NCBI GenBank assembly: GCA_023413895.1
Contig: JAEZOU010000053.1
Location: 1,197 to 65,196 of the forward strand
DNA from: Bacteroidota bacterium
GTDB taxonomy: Bacteria; Bacteroidota; Bacteroidia; Bacteroidales; WCHB1-69
DNA length: 64,000 nt
Direction: 5' to 3'
The notes under the pieces are model-generated. The model saw nothing but the letters and a program-made list of their open reading frames with translations. It did no database searches and was not told the origin of the DNA. Shown here piece by piece: positions 18,814-28,336 of the stretch. The first letter of the stretch is position 1. The number at the start of each line of letters is the position of its first letter. The translations under genes and the position numbers were made by a program.

Positions 18814-18851
18814 TTTCTGTAAGTAATCGTTTTTATTTGAAATTTTGCATT

Positions 18852-19370
18852 ATGAACTTTTTCAAGGCTGTCAGGAGATGGGGATTTATTTCTCTTGTTG
18901 CGATGGCGTTGTTGCTTATCTATTCATGTCGTCGGGAACCTCAGTTTTCTAAGGTTCCATTTATCTCTTTTGTCAGTTTTGAAAAGTATGAACAGGTGAA
19001 TGGTAAGGATAATTTGGGAAGGTTAACTTTCCATTTCCAAGATGGTGATGGCGATATAGGGCTGAATGTGACCGATGTTCAACCACCTTTCGATAGCTCA
19101 TCTGTTTATCATCACAACTTCTTTTGTAATTATTACGAGAAGCAAAATGGTGAATTTGTAAAGATAGATTTGCCTTTAAGTCAAAATGCACGAATTCCGC
19201 GGTTGAGTGATTTAGAGTCGGAATCAATAGAGGGTGAAATTTCCTTGGATTTAAATATCAACAATCCATTTTCAACGTATGATACTATCCGTTTTGACTT
19301 TTATATTGTGGATAGAGCATTGAACCATAGTGATACGGTAATAACACCAGAAATAATTGTTAATAAATAA
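18852..19370 (+). CDS. Hypothetical lipoprotein
   Basis: ATG 18852 gives MNFFKAVRRWGFISLVAMALLLIYSC (lipobox). The track start 18759 overlaps the bactofilin gene. Confidence 0.6.
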   Translation: MNFFKAVRRWGFISLVAMALLLIYSCRREPQFSKVPFISFVSFEKYEQVNGKDNLGRLTFHFQDGDGDIGLNVTDVQPPFDSSSVYHHNFFCNYYEKQNGEFVKIDLPLSQNARIPRLSDLESESIEGEISLDLNINNPFSTYDTIRFDFYIVDRALNHSDTVITPEIIVNK

Positions 19371-19373
19371 GTT

Positions 19374-20222
19374 ATGCAGATTCAAGATAATATTAAAGAG
19401 ATTGTAAGACAAGCATTAATGGAAGATGTTGGCGATGGTGACCACTCTTCGCTTAGTTGTATAAGTGGCAGCATTATCGGAAGAATGAAACTTTTAGCCA
19501 AGGAAAATGGAATTTTAGCAGGTGTGGAAGTGGCAAAAGAGGTGATTCGTCAGGTTGATGAAGCGATTACAATGGAGGTTTTTATTCATGATGGAGAAAC
19601 AATTAATGTAGGTGATGTAGTTTTTGAACTCTCTGGTCCAGCAAGAAGTATGCTAACGGCTGAACGTACTTTGCTTAATTTTATGCAACGATTGAGTGGT
19701 GTGGCCACTGCTTCACGCTGCTATGCAGATGCAGTTGCAGGTACGGCAGCAACAATTCTTGATACTCGTAAAACTACACCTGGAATGCGTTTTCTTGAAA
19801 AATATGCTGTAAAAATGGGCGGTTGTGAAAATCATCGTTTCGGTCTTTTTGATATGATTATGTTGAAAGATAATCATATTGATTTTGCTGGTGGAATAGA
19901 AGATGCGATTTTAGCCACCCATAATTACTTAAAAGAGAAAAATCTAAATCTTAAGATTGAAGTGGAAACTCGTAATATAGAGGAGATTGAGCAGGTGATG
20001 AAAGTGGGTGGAATTCATAGAATCATGCTTGATAATTTTACACCTGAAAAAATTAAGGAGGCACTTGTCGTAATTGATGGGAAATATGAAACAGAGGCGT
20101 CTGGTGGTATAACAATGCAGAATCTGCGTGAGTATGCGCTTACCGGTGTTGATTATATCTCCATCGGAGCTTTAACACATCAAATCAAAAGTTTAGACCT
20201 CAGTCTAAAATTTATAAAATAG
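19374..20222 (+). CDS. nadC: Nicotinate-nucleotide diphosphorylase (quinolinate phosphoribosyltransferase)
   Basis: LDTRKTTPGMR, MLKDNH and IEVE..N motifs. Confidence 0.92.
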   Translation: MQIQDNIKEIVRQALMEDVGDGDHSSLSCISGSIIGRMKLLAKENGILAGVEVAKEVIRQVDEAITMEVFIHDGETINVGDVVFELSGPARSMLTAERTLLNFMQRLSGVATASRCYADAVAGTAATILDTRKTTPGMRFLEKYAVKMGGCENHRFGLFDMIMLKDNHIDFAGGIEDAILATHNYLKEKNLNLKIEVETRNIEEIEQVMKVGGIHRIMLDNFTPEKIKEALVVIDGKYETEASGGITMQNLREYALTGVDYISIGALTHQIKSLDLSLKFIK

Positions 20223-21230
20223 ATGAAAAATCTAAATACGCACAAAATATATCTGTTGAGAAAACTTGTGCGCATAAAAAATGTTGGTTGGATTTCCAAA
20301 CTAATCCGTTACTTGAAGCGATTGGTAATACCTGGTTTTCAGGGAGTTCCTTTTTGGGAGGTGATGAAGTTCTTTTTGGAATCTGTATTTAAAGGCGTGT
20401 TATTTCAGCGCGCTGCTGCAATGACCTACAATATTTTTATGGCGCTCATTCCTATGCTGATGGCATTGATAGCGACGCTCTCATTCTTAGGTGATTCTTT
20501 GCAACAATATCTTATCAACTTTATCCAGTCCATACTCCCCGATAATGCTTGGGAGTTTGTTTCCCAAATATTGAACGATCTCATTCAGCGGCAAAATAAT
20601 ACCATCTTTTGGCTTTCGTTAGGTTTAGGTGTTTATCTTACTTTTATTTGTATCAATTCTATAATTAATAGTCTGAATATCACTTACTTTAAGATACGGA
20701 GAAGAAATGGAATAAAGCAATTGCCTATTAGTTTTATTATGGTCATTTGTTTCTACTTAGTTATTATTTTAGCATGTGGTATCTTTTTGGGTTCGTCTCA
20801 TCTTATCCGGATAATTAGTGATTATTTTGGAGATTCTGGAACGTTTTATCATATATCTATCTTAGTGGTACGTTGGGTGTTAATATTCGTTTTAGTTTAT
20901 ACAATGCTTTCGTCGCTTTTCTATTTCGCTCCGTATGATAAAAAATATTTCCATTTTTTTTCGGCAGGTTCTATGTTTTCCACAATTACATTGATGCTGC
21001 TGATGACAGTGCTGAATCTCTATTTCTCTCATTTTTCAACATACAATGTGGTTTACGGTTCTATCGGAGCATTATTAATTATTTTACTCTGTATCTATTG
21101 GGGGGCTGCGGTGGTTCTAATAGGCTTTGATTTAAATGTAAGTATTTGTATTGCAAAGCAATGTCGTGTAAGTGAAGATGAAGAGTGGAAAATTGAGAGT
21201 ACAATTCAAGAAGAAGATACTTTAGAATAA
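20223..21230 (+). CDS. YihY/BrkB (virulence factor BrkB / RNase BN-like) family membrane protein
   Basis: AAAMTYNIFMALIPML motif, six TM segments. ATG directly abuts the nadC stop (TAGATG). Confidence 0.8.
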   Translation: MKNLNTHKIYLLRKLVRIKNVGWISKLIRYLKRLVIPGFQGVPFWEVMKFFLESVFKGVLFQRAAAMTYNIFMALIPMLMALIATLSFLGDSLQQYLINFIQSILPDNAWEFVSQILNDLIQRQNNTIFWLSLGLGVYLTFICINSIINSLNITYFKIRRRNGIKQLPISFIMVICFYLVIILACGIFLGSSHLIRIISDYFGDSGTFYHISILVVRWVLIFVLVYTMLSSLFYFAPYDKKYFHFFSAGSMFSTITLMLLMTVLNLYFSHFSTYNVVYGSIGALLIILLCIYWGAAVVLIGFDLNVSICIAKQCRVSEDEEWKIESTIQEEDTLE

Positions 21231-21236
21231 TGTTAT

Positions 21237-22355
21237 ATGAAATACTACGTTGTAGCTGGAGAAGCTTCTGGCGACCTATTGGGTTCCTATCTGATGCGCG
21301 AAATAAAAAAACTAGATCAGCAAGCGGATTTCTGCTGCTGGGGCGGTGATTTAATGGAAGCGGAAGGAGGACAAATCAATAAACATTATAAAGATTTAGC
21401 ATTTATGGGATTTTGGGAGGTGGCTACACATCTTCGCACCATCCTTAAGAACCTGCAAATATGTAAGTTGGAAATTCTCCTTTATGAGCCTGATGTAATC
21501 ATTTTGATTGATTATCCAGGTTTTAATATGCGGATTGCAGAATTTGCTCGTGAGAATAATATTAGAGTGGTTTATTATGTATCACCGCAAATTTGGGCAT
21601 GGAAGAAAAAACGTATTCATAAGATTATCAGAGATGTAGATACGTTGCTAACTATTTTGCCTTTCGAGAAGGAGATTTACGCACGCCATGGCTACGAGGC
21701 ACACTATATTGGCCACCCGCTTTTGGATGTAATCACCCCTGAAGTATTGGAAGATAAAAGTTCTGATTTTAGAGCAAAATATAATATTAATAATGTAAAA
21801 CCGATTATTGCAGTTCTTCCAGGAAGTAGAACACAAGAAATTAAGCGAATTCTTCCCGTTATGCTACAGGTAATTGAACAGTTTCCAGATTGCCAATTTG
21901 TAATGTCAAAAGTGAAGTGGCTTCCGCAAAGTTTATATGATAAATATCTGAAAAACAAATCTGTAAAGATTATAGAAGGAGATACGTACGAGATTCTAAA
22001 AAATGCGAAAGCAGCTTTGGTAACTTCTGGAACAGCAACTTTAGAAACCGCTATTCTGAATATTCCACAAGTGGTATGTTATAAGACAAGTGCTTTGTCA
22101 TATGCTATAGCACGTGTATTAGTAGGTAAGAGTATTCGCTTTATCTCATTGGTTAATCTAATAGCTAATAAACAGATAGTTAAGGAATTGCTACAATCTG
22201 ATTGTAATGCAAATACTATATCAAAGGAGTTGTCACTACTTCTAAATGATGCGGAAACGATTTCTAAAATGGATGCTGATTATAAAGAGTTACGACAAAT
22301 TTTAGGCAATAGTGGAGCTTCCCAGCGTGCTGCAGAGCTCGTTGTGAAAAAATAA
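21237..22355 (+). CDS. lpxB: Lipid-A-disaccharide synthase
   Basis: MKYYVVAGEASGD N-terminus, YYVSPQIWAWK, and LVTSGTATLE near the C-terminus. Confidence 0.92.
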   Translation: MKYYVVAGEASGDLLGSYLMREIKKLDQQADFCCWGGDLMEAEGGQINKHYKDLAFMGFWEVATHLRTILKNLQICKLEILLYEPDVIILIDYPGFNMRIAEFARENNIRVVYYVSPQIWAWKKKRIHKIIRDVDTLLTILPFEKEIYARHGYEAHYIGHPLLDVITPEVLEDKSSDFRAKYNINNVKPIIAVLPGSRTQEIKRILPVMLQVIEQFPDCQFVMSKVKWLPQSLYDKYLKNKSVKIIEGDTYEILKNAKAALVTSGTATLETAILNIPQVVCYKTSALSYAIARVLVGKSIRFISLVNLIANKQIVKELLQSDCNANTISKELSLLLNDAETISKMDADYKELRQILGNSGASQRAAELVVKK

Positions 22356-22480
22356 CTTTTTTTAACAGTTGCTCATTTTCTATATTTTTTTCTTCAAAAA
22401 AGGAAAAATTCTATTCAGAAATGGTATAAATCAAGATTTTAGTATATCTTGAAGGCTTCTTCAAAGTGGAAAAACAATAT

Positions 22481-22488
22481 TATCTTTG
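22481..22488 (+). promoter_or_regulatory. Bacteroidota -7 box
   Basis: TATCTTTG, 15 nt upstream of ATG 22504. The track ORF start (TTG 22486) lies inside the box. Confidence 0.6.
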
Positions 22489-22503
22489 CCAAAATTTCCA
22501 CTT

Positions 22504-23565
22504 ATGAAAAACTTTCTATTTCTACTAATTTTACTCGTTTTCTCAAAAATATCTATTTCACAAGTAGATACGAGTTTTTATTGTGTAATGTTCTACAATT
22601 TGGAAAATCTCTTTGATCCGAGAGATGATAGTTTACGCAACGATGATGCCTTTACGCCAACAGGAATGAACCATTGGACATTTTCAAAATTTAATCGTAA
22701 GATTAATAACTTAGCAAAGGTGATACTTTCGATTAATGCATGGAGTCCGCCCGATATTATTGGTGTAGCGGAAGTTGAGAATGAGTTTGTATTGCGGCAA
22801 CTCTGCTATCAGACGGGATTAAAACGTTACGGTTATAAGATTGTTCATTACGATTCTCCTGATTCACGCGGAATTGATGTAGCACTATTGTATCGTCACA
22901 AAAATATCAAGATTGCAGAGAGTCGGGCTATCCCTATTGTATTTCCATTTGAGCCGCGAAGTAGAAATCGTGATATATTATATGTTAAGGCGTTGACAAT
23001 ACAGAATGATACGTTACATCTTTTTGTCAACCATTGGACCTCGCGTTATAGTGGATATGCCGCAACCATTGTCAAGCGTAATCACTATGCGAGCGTGGTT
23101 CGACAGTGGAGTGATTCTTTGTTGACGAAAGATTCTTCGGCACGCATTATTATAATGGGCGATCTAAACGATTATCCAACTGATGAGAGTGTAATTGAAG
23201 TGTTGCAAGCTCAACCTTATACAGTAAATGGAAAATTATCGGCATTGAATAATTTGATGCATCGCTTTTTAAATATGAAGAATGTTGGAACGCATAAAGG
23301 AGGCGAATTTTGGGGTTGTTTAGACCAAATGATTGTTTCAAAATCTTTGTTGGATAGTTCAGATTCTTTACAGATTCTAGAACAAAAGGCAGAAATCTAT
23401 CAAGCTGATTTTATGATGGTTCCTGATGAAAAATATGGGGGAGTAAAAAATAATAGAACTTATTTAGGTCCTAGATATTTGGGTGGTTTTTCAGATCATC
23501 TGCCAATTTTTCTTCGATTGTTGAGGATTACAAATAGATATCAATCAGGCCATCCGGAGCAGTGA
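22504..23565 (+). CDS. Endonuclease/exonuclease/phosphatase (EEP) family protein, secreted
   Basis: Signal-like MKNFLFLLILLVFSKISISQ. EEP motifs MFYNLENLF, GVAEVEN, MGDLNDYP, FSDHLP. Confidence 0.8.
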   Translation: MKNFLFLLILLVFSKISISQVDTSFYCVMFYNLENLFDPRDDSLRNDDAFTPTGMNHWTFSKFNRKINNLAKVILSINAWSPPDIIGVAEVENEFVLRQLCYQTGLKRYGYKIVHYDSPDSRGIDVALLYRHKNIKIAESRAIPIVFPFEPRSRNRDILYVKALTIQNDTLHLFVNHWTSRYSGYAATIVKRNHYASVVRQWSDSLLTKDSSARIIIMGDLNDYPTDESVIEVLQAQPYTVNGKLSALNNLMHRFLNMKNVGTHKGGEFWGCLDQMIVSKSLLDSSDSLQILEQKAEIYQADFMMVPDEKYGGVKNNRTYLGPRYLGGFSDHLPIFLRLLRITNRYQSGHPEQ

Positions 23566-24046
23566 TGTAGATAGTTTTGTTGTCTCTATCTACTATTTCA
23601 AACACTTCGTCAATGGCTGGAATTAAAATCTCCTTACCATTGCAGTCGATTTGCATAATAGGTTGATGAGAAATATCGATAAAATCGGTGCATTTGCCAA
23701 TATCACCTTTCTCTTTGTCAATAACTTTGAAACCAATTACTTCGTGGAAATAGAATTTGTTTCCTTCAAGGGGAGGAAGCATAGAAAGAGGAAGGAAAAG
23801 TTTCGCTTTTACCAATGATTTTGCCTCTTCACCATCAACATCTTGAAATTTGACTACGGCTTGATTGTTATCACTTTTCATTTGGATATCTTCAATCATA
23901 TAGGGCAATTTTTCATCACCGATTTCGATAAAAACGGCATCCAAATCTCTATATTTTTCAGGTTCATCAGTATCTAAAAATATGGTTAATTGTCCTTTAT
24001 AACCAAAAGGTTTGGTAATCACTCCTAAGTAATAAAATTCTTCCAT
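23528..24046 (-). CDS. rimM: 16S rRNA processing protein RimM
   Basis: 172 aa. N-terminal GVITKPFGYKGQL and C-terminal PRC-barrel. ATG overlaps the upstream stop (TAATG). Confidence 0.9.
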   Translation of the reverse strand: MEEFYYLGVITKPFGYKGQLTIFLDTDEPEKYRDLDAVFIEIGDEKLPYMIEDIQMKSDNNQAVVKFQDVDGEEAKSLVKAKLFLPLSMLPPLEGNKFYFHEVIGFKVIDKEKGDIGKCTDFIDISHQPIMQIDCNGKEILIPAIDEVFEIVDRDNKTIYITAPDGLIDIYL

Positions 24047-25791
24047 TAAAATCTATTTTTAAAGCGGTCACGGGTATCAGTATCTAAAGTTTTGGATAGC
24101 ATCTCAATAGCATTTTCAGGAACTTCCTGAAGATCAAGAAGTAATAACCCATCTAAAGTATTGTTAAAATCAGGATCTAGATTGAAAGCTAAAAATTTCC
24201 CATTTAGTTGTGTGTATTTTTTGATAAGAATAGGAATTCCATAAAGCTCATCTTCTAGGTCTGCAACAAGTTTGTCTAATAGGTCAATATTGGGGATTGA
24301 GTCGATATATTTTGCGATGTTTTTTACCTTTTCACCTTTAAAACCATTGATTGGAACGACAAATTTTGAGAATTGTGAATTTGAATTTCTTTTTTGAAGG
24401 TATTCTGCAATCAGCAGTTTTGAGGTTTCAGAGAAATTGTTAGAGATGGAAACAGGACCGATAAGGTAGCGGCAATTTTCATATTTAAGCAGAACGTGCA
24501 TAATCCCTTTCCAAAGAGTGACCAATGAAGAAGCTTTTTTCTGGTATTCTTTAACTATAAACGAGCGTCCTAATTCAATGGATGAGGATAACATATTATG
24601 AATTTGGGGTTTCATTTTAAATAGAGAATAAGTGTAGAAACCTTTGATTCCTTGTGTTTTAAGAATTTCTTCGCCAATTCCTAATCTATATGCTCCTACA
24701 ATTTTTTTTGCAGCGTTATCCCAAATGAAAAGTTGGTGATAGTGGGCGTCATATTTATCAATATCAGTTGCAAGATTTGTACCTTCGCCAATTTCGCGGA
24801 ATGTGATTTCTCGCAACCTTCCAATTTCCTTCATTACATAATTCAACTTTTGTGTTGCTACAAATAAAACTGAGAAATTTCCTTGCTCAAATAGGGTGAA
24901 TTTGGGTCTCAAGAGTTCAACTTCAGTTTCCAATTGTGCAGTATCGTTTTCTGCAATAGGTTCTTGTTTAATTCTAGTTGTATCTTTTTTAGCGTTGTGT
25001 GATTTATGTTGAAGAATATAGACGTTTGTTCTTAATAAATTAGATAGTTGTTTGAGAGTGAGATTTTGAGTTTTTGTTGGATAAATAGGCGATCCCATCT
25101 CAACTTTTACGGTTGAGTCGTATTTGTTTACTAATTCTCGCGCAAGCATTAGGGTACGAATGCGAGGATGAATTAGGCCTAAAAGATGAAATGGAAGTGA
25201 ATTTTTGCCCGATAAAAATAGGGGGACAACGGGTGCATTTGATCTTTGAATCAGTTTGATGACAGAAATTGGCCACTCGCGGTCAGTAATTTGAAAGCCA
25301 TTGTGAAATGAGGAAACCTCTCCTGCGGGGAAAAGCATCATTGCACCACCATTTTCCAGATGATTGATTGCAGAACGAATTCCATTAAGGTTTTTACTAC
25401 TTGTTGAATCAAAAGGGTTTACATCAATAAAAAATTGTCGAAGCGGAACCATTCTTGAAAGAAGAAAGTTTCCCATAAATTTGATGTCCGGTCTGATTTG
25501 GGAAAGTAAACTAATAAGAACAACTCCATCTAATGCGCCTGTTGGATGATTACAAATAAAAATAACACTACCAGTTTTTGGTATATCACTTATATGTGTT
25601 TCATCAAATATTGTTTTAATCTTTTGATTCTTAAGATATTGAATTGTTACATTGTTTCCTTTAAGATGTTCAACCTCTTCATAGACACGATTTAGCTCAT
25701 CAATTTGTAAAAAATTGAAGATCGGTTTGGCGATTCCTTTTACGAAGGCATTTCTACCCTTTAATATTTCCTCTTTATCAATGAGTTTCAT
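24046..25791 (-). CDS. Bifunctional lyso-aminolipid O-acyltransferase / amino-acid N-acyltransferase (OlsF-like)
   Basis: N-terminal PlsC-type motifs CNHPTGALDG (HX4D) and FPAGEVS. The C-terminal half REITFREIGEGT...VGAYRLG resembles OlsB/GNAT-type N-acyltransferases. 581 aa. Confidence 0.75.
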   Translation of the reverse strand: MKLIDKEEILKGRNAFVKGIAKPIFNFLQIDELNRVYEEVEHLKGNNVTIQYLKNQKIKTIFDETHISDIPKTGSVIFICNHPTGALDGVVLISLLSQIRPDIKFMGNFLLSRMVPLRQFFIDVNPFDSTSSKNLNGIRSAINHLENGGAMMLFPAGEVSSFHNGFQITDREWPISVIKLIQRSNAPVVPLFLSGKNSLPFHLLGLIHPRIRTLMLARELVNKYDSTVKVEMGSPIYPTKTQNLTLKQLSNLLRTNVYILQHKSHNAKKDTTRIKQEPIAENDTAQLETEVELLRPKFTLFEQGNFSVLFVATQKLNYVMKEIGRLREITFREIGEGTNLATDIDKYDAHYHQLFIWDNAAKKIVGAYRLGIGEEILKTQGIKGFYTYSLFKMKPQIHNMLSSSIELGRSFIVKEYQKKASSLVTLWKGIMHVLLKYENCRYLIGPVSISNNFSETSKLLIAEYLQKRNSNSQFSKFVVPINGFKGEKVKNIAKYIDSIPNIDLLDKLVADLEDELYGIPILIKKYTQLNGKFLAFNLDPDFNNTLDGLLLLDLQEVPENAIEMLSKTLDTDTRDRFKNRF

Positions 25792-25852
25792 TAGTTATCG
25801 GCCCAATTATTTTAGATAATGTAATGTCTTAAAAAGTGTTAAAAGCAAACTG

Positions 25853-25860
25853 CAAAGATA
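25853..25860 (-). promoter_or_regulatory. Bacteroidota -7 box
   Basis: Minus-strand TATCTTTG upstream of ATG 25791. Confidence 0.5.
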
Positions 25861-26002
25861 TATTTTTTTACCATATAAAGGCAAGAAAGTCGCAACTGAA
25901 CCAATAAAATTCAGATTTTTATTAGTAGAATAATGTAAAATATTGATTTCTAAAAAAATATAGTATAAATATTTCTATTTTTCTGATTTCTTTTAGCATA
26001 AT

Positions 26003-26587
26003 CTATTTTTCAAGCCATTCGGGGTGTGCGTAAGGTTTATCTTCCAAGTTGAATTTCCCTGGAAATCTACCTTTCATACCATAATAAAATTTTTCAATTT
26101 CTACTAAATCTTCTTCATAATTTCCAGTGGGAAATATTACTTTTCCTACACCACCTTTTCGAGAGACGTAGTCAAGGTATCCCAATACAATAGGTACATT
26201 AGCTTGAGTAGCAATGGTATAAAATCCTCTTTTCCATTTTGTTACCTTTTTTCGAGTACCTTCCGGTGAGATTAGTAAAGCAATCTCTTTATTGTTTTCC
26301 AAAATGGAGAGGGTATCTTCCATAAAATGGCGAGGATTTTGTCGGTTTACGGGGTGAGCACCGCAAGCTCGAAGTAGATAGTTCAGTGGAAAAACAAATG
26401 CCTCTTTTTTGATGAGAAATGCTGTTTTAACCCCCATTGCAATAAGGGCAAACTTGCCAATTACGAAATCGCGCCAACTTGTATGCGGGGCGAATAGTAT
26501 AATGCACTTTTTCGCTTCTGGCGGAATGTTGGTTGTGTCAATTTCGTAATTGAATAAAGCAAGTAATTTTTTGCAAAATTTTCTCAT
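26003..26587 (-). CDS. PlsC-family acyltransferase (1-acyl-sn-glycerol-3-phosphate acyltransferase-like)
   Basis: APHTSWRD (HX4D) and SPEGTR motifs. ATG 26587 (MRKFCKK...) lies 1 nt after the ldcA stop. Track start 26626 overlaps ldcA. Confidence 0.8.
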   Translation of the reverse strand: MRKFCKKLLALFNYEIDTTNIPPEAKKCIILFAPHTSWRDFVIGKFALIAMGVKTAFLIKKEAFVFPLNYLLRACGAHPVNRQNPRHFMEDTLSILENNKEIALLISPEGTRKKVTKWKRGFYTIATQANVPIVLGYLDYVSRKGGVGKVIFPTGNYEEDLVEIEKFYYGMKGRFPGKFNLEDKPYAHPEWLEK

Positions 26588-26588
26588 T

Positions 26589-27488
26589 TTATATTTCTTT
26601 AAGTATCCACCCATTGGAGGAGACAATTAATTTGGAAGAAACGCCCAATTTAAGGGTTTTATTGTCTTTGCTATGGCCTACAGGAATGTTAAATGCAATA
26701 GGAAAATCATATTCTTGACAATGTTCCTTTATTATCTCTTCAGCAGTATGTCCGAAAGGAATTGTATTATCGTGCATATCACTCATTCCTCCTACAATTA
26801 AACCTGCTAAATGTTCAAATTTTCCAGCTCTTTTAAGTGCAACAATCATTCTATCAATATGATATAAATATTCGTCAAGGTCTTCAAGAAATAGAATTGA
26901 ACCATTAGTATTTATGTCGGACGATGATCCAAGCATAGAATATATGATGGATAGGTTTCCGCCGACTATTTTCCCGACAGATGTTCCGTATTGATTGTAA
27001 GGGTGGTTATGGCCGTCGAGTTCCATCTTTTTTCCTGTAAGTGCGTCGAATAGAGCGTTGCAGTTGTCGAGAGTTTCTTCGCACATAGAGATTGGCATTG
27101 TAGAGTGAAGAGATGCGGAAATGTTTTGTGAGGCTAAATGGGAATGAAAAACGGTAAAGTCGCTGTATCCGCATAGCCATTTAGGATTTTCATGGAAGTG
27201 CGAAAAATCGATTTTATCAATGATGCGAGCAGAACCATAGCCGCCGCGGGCACTCAAAATGGCCTTAATGTTAGGGTTGTCAATCATTGCTTGAAAGCTT
27301 TGTCGTCGTATTTCGTCGCTGCCTGCGAATTGATGTTCTTCTGCGAAAAGGTTAGGAGCGAAGACAACACGAAACTCTTTGTTCTCAAGCCAATTAATAG
27401 AAAATTGCAGCTCCTCCAAACTGATTTTGCGTGCAGGAGCTACAATTCCAATGGTGTCACCCGGCTGAAGATAAGGAGGAATTATCAT
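26589..27488 (-). CDS. ldcA: LD-carboxypeptidase (peptidase S66, muramoyltetrapeptide carboxypeptidase)
   Basis: CGYSDFT (nucleophile Ser), LFLEDLDE, PVGHS motifs. ATGA overlap with the upstream SDR gene. Confidence 0.88.
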   Translation of the reverse strand: MIIPPYLQPGDTIGIVAPARKISLEELQFSINWLENKEFRVVFAPNLFAEEHQFAGSDEIRRQSFQAMIDNPNIKAILSARGGYGSARIIDKIDFSHFHENPKWLCGYSDFTVFHSHLASQNISASLHSTMPISMCEETLDNCNALFDALTGKKMELDGHNHPYNQYGTSVGKIVGGNLSIIYSMLGSSSDINTNGSILFLEDLDEYLYHIDRMIVALKRAGKFEHLAGLIVGGMSDMHDNTIPFGHTAEEIIKEHCQEYDFPIAFNIPVGHSKDNKTLKLGVSSKLIVSSNGWILKEI

Positions 27489-28336
27489 AATGTAATTTTC
27501 TTTTCTTCAATAATTTGTTGAGTCAGTTTGCGTAAAAGTTTGCGTTGTGGACTGCTCAGAATTCGAGTGGGTATTTTTCTATTTTTCTGATTGGCGTGAA
27601 GTTGTCCCGTTACACCCTCTAATTCAGGATCCAATGCAAGCCTTATTGCTGTTGAAGCTCCTTGAAGAGGTGTTTTTATGAATGGACGGAAGAAAGTGTC
27701 ACTCAGCCAATCAATGGTTTTGTTGTACATCCTAACGATAGGAGTATTAACAACTCCAGGATCGCTGCAATTTACGGTAATTCCCAATTCTTTCCACTTT
27801 TCAGCTGCATCTAAAGAGAAGTATAGAAACGCTAATTTGGAGTTGGAATAGGGGCGAAAACGATTGAAGAATTTTGGATAGGCAGGTTTGAAGAAATTCT
27901 CAGTAATTTTCCCCATTTTATAGGTAAGCGAAACGGTATTTACAATCCGAGAACCTGCTGGCATTAATGCTAACAATCGATGTGTTAAAATATAGTGTCC
28001 TAAATAGTTAGTGCCAGCACAATATTCCAATCCTTCGATGGTTTCTCGGGGTTCTGGAGGCATTGCACCTGCATTATTGATTAATAATCTGATAGATTCA
28101 TAGCGTTTTCTTATTTCCGCGACGAAATTATCAATAGACTGAAATTCAGAAAGATTCAATCCGATAAGTTCAATTTCTCCACCAGTTTCTTTTTTTAATG
28201 TTTCGCAAGCGGTGCGGTTTTTTTCGCTATTGGAGCCCGCCATAATCACCGTGTAGCCCTCTTTAGCTACAGCTTTGGTAATTTCCAATCCCATTCCACC
28301 ACCAGCACCTGTAATAATTGCAACTCCTTTTTTCAT
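27485..28336 (-). CDS. Short-chain dehydrogenase/reductase (SDR) family oxidoreductase
   Basis: ITGAGGGMG cofactor motif, NNAG, and catalytic YSNSK. Confidence 0.85.
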   Translation of the reverse strand: MKKGVAIITGAGGGMGLEITKAVAKEGYTVIMAGSNSEKNRTACETLKKETGGEIELIGLNLSEFQSIDNFVAEIRKRYESIRLLINNAGAMPPEPRETIEGLEYCAGTNYLGHYILTHRLLALMPAGSRIVNTVSLTYKMGKITENFFKPAYPKFFNRFRPYSNSKLAFLYFSLDAAEKWKELGITVNCSDPGVVNTPIVRMYNKTIDWLSDTFFRPFIKTPLQGASTAIRLALDPELEGVTGQLHANQKNRKIPTRILSSPQRKLLRKLTQQIIEEKKITL

